DNA of 33,802 bases from an uncultured Lachnospiraceae bacterium (GTDB lineage: Bacteria; Bacillota; Clostridia; Lachnospirales; Lachnospiraceae): assembly GCA_948438565.1 (NCBI GenBank), contig CAOJLW010000001.1:1-33802 (forward strand). The letters are read 5' to 3'. Each line of letters starts with the position of its first letter. The stretch's first letter is position 1. The translations under genes and the position numbers were made by a program. The notes under the pieces are model-generated. The model was not told the origin of the DNA. It saw nothing but the letters and a program-made list of their open reading frames with translations, and did no database searches. This document shows, piece after piece, positions 19,101 through 27,766 of the stretch.

Positions 19101-22100
19101 GGCGCCGCGGATTGTCTCATTGTCTGCGGGATGCGTACAATCTGGCAGAGTAAATTGATATTTGTATTTCTTGCCGTCTACCGTAAAGCTGATCAAACCG
19201 GGCTTCTTTGGCGTAATCGTAAGTTTAGAACTCACGCGATATGCGAGCTTTGTCACGTCATTGCCTGCTGAATTGCCTCCCGGAGGATAAATCACAATTA
19301 CGTTTTCTTCTTCATTTTGTGTCCATACATAGGAAATCAGATAAACTCCGCCGTCTGTGATCTCTTCACCAGCCACAACGCGCCGATATCCCGAAAGCAT
19401 ACTGTCCAAAGCGGACGCATCTTTTTTCCAAAGCGTAAATTCATAACGGTACCCTGCACTATTCGGCGTATAGCCGTTGGCGGAATTGATATTCATCTGG
19501 GTTGTATAGAACAGAACATACCGGCCGGACGAATTTGCCGCTTCATTACAGAGACGGAACGTATCCGCGCCTTCTGTCTGCGGTACCGATACCGCTTCCG
19601 GTTCAGCGGCAAAGAGACTGCCTGAATTTTGCACCAAATATTTACTTCCACTTTTAATATTCCATTTTGTATTGTCCGAAGAATCCCGGGTAAAGGTAAA
19701 TTCTGCGTTTGCAAGAGAAAGTTCTGTATTGGCCGTTGTTGAAAAACTACTCAGGCTGTCAGCCGAATTGCTGACATGGTCATACATTCCTGCCATCCCC
19801 CCGCGGCTTTCCTGGGCATCCGCAATTGCGCTGTCAATCGTCGATACGTCATAGGAGGATGCAAAAGGCAGCTCAATCGGCCGATCGCTCGGCAGACAGG
19901 TAATATGATCCGTTACTCGGATTCGATATTCCACGCCATCTAAGATTGCCCTTGTATAACCCTCATTCACACCGGTCACGGCAATTTTGCCACGGCTATT
20001 GGTCGTCACCTTTTCGCCCAAATACTTCACGGTGTCCGCGTTAAAGGAACGTGGATACCATACATAGACCTGTTCCGGCGTCACATAGGTAATCAGATAC
20101 TTCGCTCCGCTCTCGATCTCGCTTACCGCTTCATATCCCGGCACAATATCATCCGGGGACGTGCCGTCTTTTTTCTTTAGAATATGAAACGCTTCTTTCC
20201 ATCCCTCATTGCTCATTTGATCAACTGCATCGAATAACTTGCCGCTTCCAGGATTTGTCGCATTAAATATCATATGACGGGTAGATCCTCCGGAAGCGTT
20301 TTTCGTCAGAATCTTAAACGTCCCCTCAGCTTCCCCTTCATTCGCCTCCAGCGTAATCGCTCGCGTAGCGTCATCGCTCGCGTCCACAAAAACAACCTGA
20401 CTCACATGATTGGAATAGTATTTTCCTTCTGTATTGACGATATTATATACTGCGTCTCCGTCCGCGTCCGCTTCTTCCAGACGTGTAATCGTAACCTCCG
20501 CATCCGCCGGATCCATTGTCGCCTGTTTATTGGCGTCGGTATATAACGGCGCTTCTGTATGCTGCTCACTCTTTTTTACCATTTTGGCAACCGCTTCATT
20601 TAACGGCGCTTCTGGAGAAACCCCAAGATCGCCGCCGGCGCTTTCCGGTTCTATCAGCTCATATGTTTCGCCCTTTTCTACCGTCACATGAACAGCCGTA
20701 GCCCCGGCTGCTCCTTCCAGGCTGGCATTTGGCGCTAAATCCTGTATCTCATACCGATCAAATACAATTTCAATACCGCCTCTTGTCTCCCATAACAGGC
20801 CAATCGAACCGTCCTCAAGCTCTGTCATCGAGGAATAGTGGTAATTATTTGCACTCTTTGGAACCGCTACTTTACGATACAGACTCATAGCGCCTTCTTC
20901 ATTGACCAAAAAGATAAAGATCTGCCCATTGACCCTGCCTGACCCCGCCGGATTGCCCTCCGGACACGCAACCAAAATGGCCTGCTTTCCGTTTATTTTT
21001 TTGGAATAGGAAATAGCCGTTACGTTACAGGTAGAAGTAACGGTACAGTCATTTAAGCGAACCGGCTCTCCTACGTCATAGCCTCCGTCGGCGTTTTTCG
21101 TAAAATCCGCATAACAGATCCTAGCGGAACCGTTGCGGAAAAACATACGCAACGTCCCGTTTTCCAGCTCTACAATCTCATTTTCAGAGGAAAATCCATT
21201 GACGTTATTATCGCTGACGATATCATCGGTGCGCTGCCAGGTATTCCCGTTGTCGGTGGAATACATCATACTGGCCTTTTCCTCTCCGGTACTGTTCCCT
21301 TTGCCATGGTAATACAAACCGATAGCAAGCGTGCCGTCGCTGGTCGTAATGCCGCGTCCCGGAGAAACCAACAGCGCGCGTTCATCCTCTTTCTTGATCT
21401 GAGAAATAATATCCCTTGGATGTTCCCATGTCCTGCCGTGATCCTTGGACGTAATCATCCACATATATCCGGTCTCATAAACATGAAATTTAGAATCCTT
21501 ATAATATACATTCTGCTGTACTTTGGTCTTGCTCTGGTTGACCTGCGCCTGCCGCAAATTGTCCTGATACTCCCCGTTTTCGTCAACCGAATAGAGGTTA
21601 TACCATTCGTCTACGCCGTATCCGCTGGGCGAACCATCCTCCCTTTTTAAAATCTGAGCAAATCCATCCGAATCAAATGCATCCACATAATATAAATAGT
21701 TGGAATCTCCTTCATCCACAGGCGTCTGAGTGACCTTGGAATAGTCGTCGGTCAAAGCCAGATGAAGTTCCCCGTCCACGGTTACATAGCCTGTCCCCAA
21801 ACCGGTCGCCTTGTTCTGTAACGAATAACTGGTCGGAAAGGCGTCTGCAATACAATAAAGCGTGCCGTCCGGTCCCTCCAGCAAACCGGGATCGATAAAT
21901 GCCGTAGACTCATAATAGGCGTCCCGATAGCTGTCTGGGAAAAAGAATGGAAATCCATACTCCCATGATCTGCCCCCGTCGCTGGATACGGAAGCAATCG
22001 TGTCAAGGCCGTTGCCGTCCATCGTTTCCCCATATCTGGCGTCTGCAATCGCTAACAGTTCTCCATTTTCCATCGTAATGATGGCGGGAATACGGAATTT

Positions 22101-22328
22101 TTCACTGCCTGCGGTACCCGGCGCAAACGGCTGTCCTTCTGTTCTGGTAGAACCATCCTCGGGTATCGGCACACAACCCGCTTTGATCGGATTCGGTGTC
22201 GTACTTGCGGAATCAGAAAGCTCTGCCTGTACGGGCATTGCCTGAAATAGGGGACTAATCGCCATCACCAATGACAATCCCATGCTGACGCCCCTTTTCC
22301 ATAGGTGTGTCGTAAACTTTCGCTTCAT
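16140..22328 (-). CDS. Secreted multimodular GH33 sialidase (2062 aa)
   Basis: Signal peptide (...PVQA), FRIP, DARYG, Asp boxes SSDGGRSW, SKDHGRTW and STDNGNTW, SENEIVE, MFFRN, GRVNG, YHYSS. Followed by repeated modules, FIVAR-like helices, a LamG-like domain, a coiled coil and a basic FN3-like end. RBS AGGAGG. Confidence 0.9.
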   Translation of the reverse strand: MKRKFTTHLWKRGVSMGLSLVMAISPLFQAMPVQAELSDSASTTPNPIKAGCVPIPEDGSTRTEGQPFAPGTAGSEKFRIPAIITMENGELLAIADARYGETMDGNGLDTIASVSSDGGRSWEYGFPFFFPDSYRDAYYESTAFIDPGLLEGPDGTLYCIADAFPTSYSLQNKATGLGTGYVTVDGELHLALTDDYSKVTQTPVDEGDSNYLYYVDAFDSDGFAQILKREDGSPSGYGVDEWYNLYSVDENGEYQDNLRQAQVNQSKTKVQQNVYYKDSKFHVYETGYMWMITSKDHGRTWEHPRDIISQIKKEDERALLVSPGRGITTSDGTLAIGLYYHGKGNSTGEEKASMMYSTDNGNTWQRTDDIVSDNNVNGFSSENEIVELENGTLRMFFRNGSARICYADFTKNADGGYDVGEPVRLNDCTVTSTCNVTAISYSKKINGKQAILVACPEGNPAGSGRVNGQIFIFLVNEEGAMSLYRKVAVPKSANNYHYSSMTELEDGSIGLLWETRGGIEIVFDRYEIQDLAPNASLEGAAGATAVHVTVEKGETYELIEPESAGGDLGVSPEAPLNEAVAKMVKKSEQHTEAPLYTDANKQATMDPADAEVTITRLEEADADGDAVYNIVNTEGKYYSNHVSQVVFVDASDDATRAITLEANEGEAEGTFKILTKNASGGSTRHMIFNATNPGSGKLFDAVDQMSNEGWKEAFHILKKKDGTSPDDIVPGYEAVSEIESGAKYLITYVTPEQVYVWYPRSFNADTVKYLGEKVTTNSRGKIAVTGVNEGYTRAILDGVEYRIRVTDHITCLPSDRPIELPFASSYDVSTIDSAIADAQESRGGMAGMYDHVSNSADSLSSFSTTANTELSLANAEFTFTRDSSDNTKWNIKSGSKYLVQNSGSLFAAEPEAVSVPQTEGADTFRLCNEAANSSGRYVLFYTTQMNINSANGYTPNSAGYRYEFTLWKKDASALDSMLSGYRRVVAGEEITDGGVYLISYVWTQNEEENVIVIYPPGGNSAGNDVTKLAYRVSSKLTITPKKPGLISFTVDGKKYKYQFTLPDCTHPADNETIRGAIAPSCDVDGYTGDKVCDLCNEIKSEGSVLPATGHTWVQTPVTLQAMTEEVNGVQAVACGNCKLHTREIITYAAAYKRLKQEFLELPDELTEAKRPLYDAADIAKLQAAFDAGAAVADKDVALQTNKEMYGCLEAFQKALDNTHYVRNQLEASHQRALAIAGPIYSAGLTGAYSEADWNAFRTAYNNANIDISQTRYMALQALTNTLKEKTAILESQTSRADLQELYDAHKKDQKGDYTDKTWSIFTEALKNAAAVLARDEADNSELVQARETLEAALAGLKTNAELSITAPGMTYTVPVAGAYPQSPSITAGDSGSIHGSAVCDWAGNGVILEKRDEAVETEIVNMDGVWGFNGQLQSSDAKFNVHGQGNALAMTFKLYLKKAGSSERAEILAKGYQYAFQLKYGKLTLFMQNGSDWPTEEFTVTANHLNKWLDIVILFDGQGKQGFYVDGVKSTVNTEASAVIPSGSLPFTIGYNPRENYDSPNQTRFTSDFGYLADIKFYDGEDVSDGMSRDYGAICNLLEAEEPAADITSAAYSAKTVWSAMENGRENILSGTDKFAADISYKATTTFTAYGDYMFTDTDAYRAEVADNVVSGSEYAKPVVTVSSDKKTMTVAVVYLTELEQAEKNLTEALEQVRDTISVGEGIYTPSTWEQFTKAYEAANHPKDPADAAELQKLAADLVEAFQALKRIVPATVEDAAKYMLQIVYDAYQGFVDNTAYTQVSRDALKAALEAAKTALESGSDNDVSSALTNLMKAAVDLDLDTQDADTALQAAQAEAEAAKLLAEAAQSSILLQQEAIRLADAAAKAAQEAADKAKALAEAAEKKAQDAALEAERNRQAAEQAQKEAKAAQDAVREALAKLEAAEREARENKAQMQQAASSMDKAAFIAGRVVLNKVKSNKKKQAALSWKRVKGADGYVIQYATKSCFEKAKRITIKKGTTVKKTVKKLKSNQKYYFRVRAYKTYDGLKVYGKYSATRSVKVK

Positions 22329-22585
22329 AGAATCTCCTCCTACTTTTCATATAATATATTGAAGAATCCAATATCTCGATTCCACTTACAAAAACCGCCC
22401 CTTGTTTTTGCAGCCTCCATTCTGCCATTTCCAAATGAGTTGGTTTTTGTTATCAACCAGCCAATCTTACAGTTACACTAAAAACAACAAGAAAAGTATA
22501 TTATATTTTATCATATATGTCCTAATTTTTAAATATATTTTTGTAATTTTATACAAATATTATAAATATTGGAATTAAAAATTAT

Positions 22586-22613
22586 AAAAAAACCCGGAAA
22601 CCATGTTTCCGGG
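22586..22613 (-). terminator. Intrinsic terminator after murA
   Basis: CCCGGAAAC/GTTTCCGGG stem plus 7 U. Confidence 0.88.
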
Positions 22614-22652
22614 ATCTTCTATAATCATCCATAAACAAAAAACGTTCATGCA

Positions 22653-23945
22653 TTATGAAACTTTTAATTTAAACTTTACAATTTCTTTTTCCGTAGATAC
22701 TTTTTCAATCTGCGCCCCAAGCAGCATCAGCTTGCCATTAAAATCCTCATAGCCGCGCTCTATATAATAAATATCGTCTACAATTGTAATCCCCTCTGCC
22801 GCAAGGCCTGCGATCACAAGCGCTGCGCCGGCTCTTAAATCCGGCGCGCTGACCCTTGCCCCCGTATACTTTGCAATGCCTGTGACAATCGCAATATTGC
22901 TCTCCACTTTAATCGAAGCGCCCATACGCGTCAGCTCATCCACATATTTAAACCGGTTTTCAAAGATACTCTCCGTAACCGTACTGGTTCCCTCTGAAAT
23001 GCCGAGCACAACGGACATCTGCGGCTGCATATCGGTCGGAAAACCCGGATACGGCAATGTCGTCACCTGTGTATGGTGCAGAGGCTTTGACGCCACAACG
23101 CGCACTGCATCGTCCAGTTCTTCAATTTCACAGCCAATTTCCAATAACTTGGCCGTCGTGGCTTCCAAATGCTTCGGGATCACATTTTTAACTGTCACAT
23201 CGCCGCGCGTCGCTGCGGCCGCAAACATAAACGTCCCGGCTTCAATCTGATCCGGAATAATCGAGTACTCCGTCTTATGCAGCTTTTCCACACCCGAAAT
23301 ACGGATCACATCCGTCCCAGCGCCACGGATATTGGCGCCCATGCTGTTTAAACAGTTGGCCACATCGACGACATGAGGCTCTTTGGCGGCATTTTCAATC
23401 GTCGTCTTGCCAACCGCCATGGCAGCGGCCATCATGATATTGATCGTCGCGCCAACGGAAACCTTATCCAGATAAATATGCGTACCCTGCAACGTTTCTG
23501 CACGCGCCGTGATCAGACCATGCTGAATTTCCACATTGGCGCCCAATGCACGAAAACCTTTTAAATGCAGATCAATGGGGCGGCTTCCTATATCGCATCC
23601 GCCTGGCAGAGCAACCTCCGCCTTTTTATATTTGCCAAGCAAAGCCCCCAGCAGATAATAAGAGGCCCTGATTTTTTTGATATACTCATAGTCTACGCTT
23701 AAATCACAAATCATGGAACCGTTAATTTTCACCGTATGGGCATCCACCCTGTCTACTTTTCCGCCAATCCCTTTAATGGCTTCCAGCATTACATTGATAT
23801 CCCTTACATTTGGAAGATTGTCAATGGTAACGGTCTCATCCGTCATAATCGCCGTCGCCAATATGGCAAGAGCCGCATTTTTCGCTCCGCCTATTTCCAC
23901 TTCACCAACCAGCGGCGTACCGCCTTTTATAATATACTGTTCCAT
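22653..23945 (-). CDS. murA: UDP-N-acetylglucosamine 1-carboxyvinyltransferase
   Basis: GAKNA, IRAS, PGGCDIGSRPID, SVGAT, PGFPTDMQ, DLRAGA. Confidence 0.98.
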   Translation of the reverse strand: MEQYIIKGGTPLVGEVEIGGAKNAALAILATAIMTDETVTIDNLPNVRDINVMLEAIKGIGGKVDRVDAHTVKINGSMICDLSVDYEYIKKIRASYYLLGALLGKYKKAEVALPGGCDIGSRPIDLHLKGFRALGANVEIQHGLITARAETLQGTHIYLDKVSVGATINIMMAAAMAVGKTTIENAAKEPHVVDVANCLNSMGANIRGAGTDVIRISGVEKLHKTEYSIIPDQIEAGTFMFAAAATRGDVTVKNVIPKHLEATTAKLLEIGCEIEELDDAVRVVASKPLHHTQVTTLPYPGFPTDMQPQMSVVLGISEGTSTVTESIFENRFKYVDELTRMGASIKVESNIAIVTGIAKYTGARVSAPDLRAGAALVIAGLAAEGITIVDDIYYIERGYEDFNGKLMLLGAQIEKVSTEKEIVKFKLKVS

Positions 23946-24011
23946 ATCGCACCTCTATGCTCCACTATACCCTGCCGGATATACAAATTCCATCTTCGAA
24001 TACAAACATTA

Positions 24012-24041
24012 ATTATAATGACTATTTCTTTCATTTGTCAA
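24012..24041 (-). promoter_or_regulatory. SigA-type promoter for murA
   Basis: TTGACA-18 nt-TATAAT. Confidence 0.7.
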
Positions 24042-24052
24042 GATCTTTCCGC

Positions 24053-24154
24053 ATATGTAACAAGTGTAATATTTTAGTAATAAAATGTCCGGCTGCAACA
24101 GGAGGAATTCCACTACTTTATAGTGTATTCACTTCCTCCTGTTTTGTTACACAT
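24053..24154. other. Nested inverted repeats forming a candidate three-stem RNA structure
   Basis: TGTAACAA (24056-63) / TTGTTACA (24144-51) encloses ATATTTTA-GTAA-TAAAATGT and AACAGGAGGAA (24097-107) / TTCCTCCTGTT (24133-43). Confidence 0.5.
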
Positions 24155-24191
24155 AGACAGTATCTGCAAAAAACATCCGAAAGATACCTGT

Positions 24192-25946
24192 TCAGGCTCC
24201 TTCAAACTGACTATTATATAATGTAGCATAAAAACCATTTTTTGCAAGTAAAGTTTCGTGATTTCCCTGTTCTAAAATATGTCCATCCTTCATAACGACA
24301 ATAATATCCGCTTCTTGAATCGTGGAAAGGCGGTGCGCAACAATAAAACTGGTTCTGCCCTGCATCATTTTAGCAAAGGCATTTTGTATCTTCAGCTCTG
24401 TCCTGGTATCAATTGAGGACGTCGCCTCATCTAAAATTAACATAGGCGGCAACGACAGCATCACGCGCGCAATACACAAAAGCTGCTTTTGCCCCTGAGA
24501 TAATCCATTCCCTTCTTCATGAATCACCGTATCGTATCCCTGTGGCAGACGCTTGATAAAACTATGGGCATGAGAGGCCTTCGCGGCTTCTATAATGTCT
24601 TCTCTGGAGGCTTTGGCTGCTCCCATACGGATATTTTCCAAAACTGTGCCTTCCCGCAGCCATGTATCCTGTAACACCATGCCATAAGACGCCCGCAGGC
24701 TTTTCCTGGTCAGATGGCGGATATCCTCTCCGTCTACGCGGATAGAACCGCCGTCCACATCATAAAAACGCATCAGCAGGTTAATAAACGTCGTCTTTCC
24801 ACAACCCGTAGGCCCAACTACCGCCACGCGTTGTCCCGGCTTAACGGTCAGATCAAATCCCTGTAACAAAGGCTGTTCTTTGGTATAGGAAAAATCCACC
24901 TGATCCAATACGACATTTCCATGGACATCCCGCAGCACAACCGCATCCGCATCTTCCTTGGTCTGCGGTTCCTCCTCAATCAATTCCAAAATCCGGCCTG
25001 CACAGGCCAACGCATTCTGCAACTCCGTCACAACGCCGGAAATCTCATTAAACGGTTTGGTATATTGATTGGCATAGCTCAAAAAACTGGCCAGCTGCCC
25101 TACGCTAATGCCGCCTAATACTGCCGCAATTGCTCCAAAAATCCCCACGCCTGTATAAACCAGACTATTGACAAACCGTGTACAAGGATTGGTCAGAGAA
25201 GAAAAAAACGTCGCCTTTAAAGAATACTCTCCCAGCTTTTGATTGATACCGTCAAAACGCTGTAATACGGCTTTCTCCTGTCCGTATGCCTGCACCACCT
25301 TCTGATTGGCCACCATTTCCTCTATGAAAGCCGTCTGCTCCCCCCTGGCCTTTGACTGCTTCTGAAACATCGTAAACGTCCTCTTGGCAATAAAGCTTGC
25401 CACAAACAGCGACACCGGCGTAATGCAAATGACCACTGCTGCAATTTGATACTGAATGCTCAGCATAAACACAAGGGTGCCTGCAATCGTAATCACCCCT
25501 GTAAACAATTGCGTAAACCCCATCAACAGACCTTCCGCAACCTGATCCGCATCGGCAATCATACGGCTTACCAACTCTCCATGCGAATGCGCGTCCAGAT
25601 ATTTGAGCGGAAGCGTTTCCAGCTTGGCAAACGCATCCGTACGCAAATCGCGTACGACCTGATAGGTAATCCGGTTGTTACAGAGATTCATAAACCACTG
25701 CGCCGCCGCCGTCAGAATAACGACTGCCGCCATCTGCCGAATCACTGCAAAAATCCCGGCAAAATCCACATCCCCGGCCGTTACGATACAATCAATGGCA
25801 CGTCCGGTCAAAATCGGCACATATAAGGTAAGCAGCGCCGCCACTGCTGCAAACAACAACGACAAAACAGCTAACGGCATATATTTTTTGATATAACGCA
25901 GCAGCTTTTTCAGCGCCGCATTCTGTTTTTTATTTGTTTTAGGCAT
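24192..25946 (-). CDS. Heterodimeric ABC exporter, subunit B (TM288/EfrB-like)
   Basis: TMD plus NBD: GPTGCGKT, degenerate signature LSQGQ, LILDEATS, AHR. Likely start MPKTNK at 25946. Confidence 0.92.
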   Translation of the reverse strand: MPKTNKKQNAALKKLLRYIKKYMPLAVLSLLFAAVAALLTLYVPILTGRAIDCIVTAGDVDFAGIFAVIRQMAAVVILTAAAQWFMNLCNNRITYQVVRDLRTDAFAKLETLPLKYLDAHSHGELVSRMIADADQVAEGLLMGFTQLFTGVITIAGTLVFMLSIQYQIAAVVICITPVSLFVASFIAKRTFTMFQKQSKARGEQTAFIEEMVANQKVVQAYGQEKAVLQRFDGINQKLGEYSLKATFFSSLTNPCTRFVNSLVYTGVGIFGAIAAVLGGISVGQLASFLSYANQYTKPFNEISGVVTELQNALACAGRILELIEEEPQTKEDADAVVLRDVHGNVVLDQVDFSYTKEQPLLQGFDLTVKPGQRVAVVGPTGCGKTTFINLLMRFYDVDGGSIRVDGEDIRHLTRKSLRASYGMVLQDTWLREGTVLENIRMGAAKASREDIIEAAKASHAHSFIKRLPQGYDTVIHEEGNGLSQGQKQLLCIARVMLSLPPMLILDEATSSIDTRTELKIQNAFAKMMQGRTSFIVAHRLSTIQEADIIVVMKDGHILEQGNHETLLAKNGFYATLYNSQFEGA

Positions 25947-27693
25947 TTGACGCCACCCCTTCCCGCCGCGTTTTTTCCTGAAACTGAGAATAATAAATTT
26001 CCTGATATGCTTTGCAACTCTCCAATAATTCTTCATGAGTGCCGACTCCCACTAATTCCCCGTCGTCGAGCGCCAAAATTTTATCCGCATGACGGATTGA
26101 GGACGTCCTCTGAGATACGATAAAGACCGTCTGGCGCTTCATGCCGGAAAGCGCACGTCGCAGCGCCGCATCCGTGGCGTAATCCAACGCGGACGCGCTG
26201 TCGTCTAAAATCAATATATCCGGCTTTCTGGCCAATGCCCGCGCAATCGCCAGCCGCTGCTTTTGCCCGCCCGAAAAATTCTGACCGCCCTGCGCCACCG
26301 CTGCCGCAAGTCCGCCCTCTTTTTTGTCCACTACGTCGGACGCCTGCGCAAGTTTTACCGCCTGGGTAAGCTCTTCGTCCGTAGCGTCCGCCTTGCCCCA
26401 GCGGAGATTTTCCCGGATAGTCCCGGTAAACAGGACGGACTTTTGCAGGACAATCCCCACTTTTTTTCGCAGCTCTTCTTTGGAATATTCCGTAATCTCC
26501 CGACCGGCAATCCGGATGCTCCCGGCCGTATGGGGATAAAAGCCTGGAATCAGATGCACCAGGGAAGTCTTTCCGGAACCCGTGCCGCCGATCACGCCAA
26601 TCGTATCCCCTTTTTTTGCCGTAAAGCTGATATCTGTCAAAGCATCTGCGCCGGCCCCCTCATACCTTAAGCTGACATGGGAAAAAACTACCATTTCATC
26701 CTGATCCACGACTGCCGTCTCCGCCTCTTTACGCTCTATGGCGCGTTCCCCTTCCGGAATCTCAAAGATATTCCATATCCGATTCCCGCAGGCGACCGCC
26801 TTTGTCACCGTCACAATCAGATTGGCAAATTTAATCAGCTCCACTAAAATCTGCCCCATATAATTGACCAGCGCAACGACTTCCCCCTGCGTAATCACGC
26901 CGCCATCCACCTGCACGGCCCCCGTATATATCAGGTATGCCGTCATGCCGTTGATCATCACATACGTAGCCGGATTCATCAGGCCGGAAATTTTCCCTAC
27001 AAACATCTGCATGGCCGTCAGCTTTTGGTTTCGATTTAAAAATTCGGCCTTTTCCGCTTCTTCCAAATGAAACGCGCGGATTACCCGGACTCCGGTCAGA
27101 TTTTCCCTTGTGCTTAACGTCACGTCATCGAGCCTGCCCTGCACCTTTTTATACAGCGGTATGCTGATATACATAACGCTAAATACCACGACGGACAGCA
27201 GGGGAATCGTAGCCGCAAAGAGTATGGCAGACCGCACGTCAATCGTAAACGCCATAACCATTGCCCCAAACACAATAAACGGCGAACGCAAAAACAAACG
27301 CAACACCATATTGACGCCATTTTGCGCCTGATTGACATCGCTGGTCATCCGTGTAATCAACGTAGACGCTCCCACCCGATCCAGATTCGTAAAGGACAGC
27401 TTCTGGATATGGGCAAATAAGGCGTGGCGAACGCCCGTTCCAAATCCGGTCGCCGCTTTTGCAGAAAAAAACTGCGCGGTAATCGAACAGACAAGACCTA
27501 CAATCCCCAGCAAAACCATAACCATACACATTTTGATAATATATCGGATATCCCCGCCTAAAATCCCCGTATCAATAACCGCCGCCATAACCAAAGGCGC
27601 TAAAAGCTCAAAAATAGCTTCCAGCATCTTAAACAATGGCGCCATCACACATTCCTTTTTATAATCTTTCAGATATACCAATAATTGTTTCAA
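25939..27693 (-). CDS. Heterodimeric ABC exporter, subunit A (TM287/EfrA-like)
   Basis: GGTGSGKT, FSGGQ, degenerate Walker B LILDDS and switch SQR. Likely TTG start at 27693 after AGGAG. Confidence 0.92.
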   Translation of the reverse strand: MKQLLVYLKDYKKECVMAPLFKMLEAIFELLAPLVMAAVIDTGILGGDIRYIIKMCMVMVLLGIVGLVCSITAQFFSAKAATGFGTGVRHALFAHIQKLSFTNLDRVGASTLITRMTSDVNQAQNGVNMVLRLFLRSPFIVFGAMVMAFTIDVRSAILFAATIPLLSVVVFSVMYISIPLYKKVQGRLDDVTLSTRENLTGVRVIRAFHLEEAEKAEFLNRNQKLTAMQMFVGKISGLMNPATYVMINGMTAYLIYTGAVQVDGGVITQGEVVALVNYMGQILVELIKFANLIVTVTKAVACGNRIWNIFEIPEGERAIERKEAETAVVDQDEMVVFSHVSLRYEGAGADALTDISFTAKKGDTIGVIGGTGSGKTSLVHLIPGFYPHTAGSIRIAGREITEYSKEELRKKVGIVLQKSVLFTGTIRENLRWGKADATDEELTQAVKLAQASDVVDKKEGGLAAAVAQGGQNFSGGQKQRLAIARALARKPDILILDDSASALDYATDAALRRALSGMKRQTVFIVSQRTSSIRHADKILALDDGELVGVGTHEELLESCKAYQEIYYSQFQEKTRREGVASNA

Positions 27694-27766
27694 AGCTTCT
27701 CTCCTTTTCATGCATACCAATAAAAAACGTGTGCGGTAGTAGCCTTTTCCTAAGGTCTTTCCTATG

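Noticed and set aside
22653-23945. Fosfomycin-resistant MurA variant
   Set aside because: The active-site Cys is retained (PGGCDIGSRP).
23957-24226. 89-aa plus-strand ORF in the murA-ABC intergenic region
   Set aside because: No RBS, atypical composition, and it overlaps the murA promoter and the ABC gene end.
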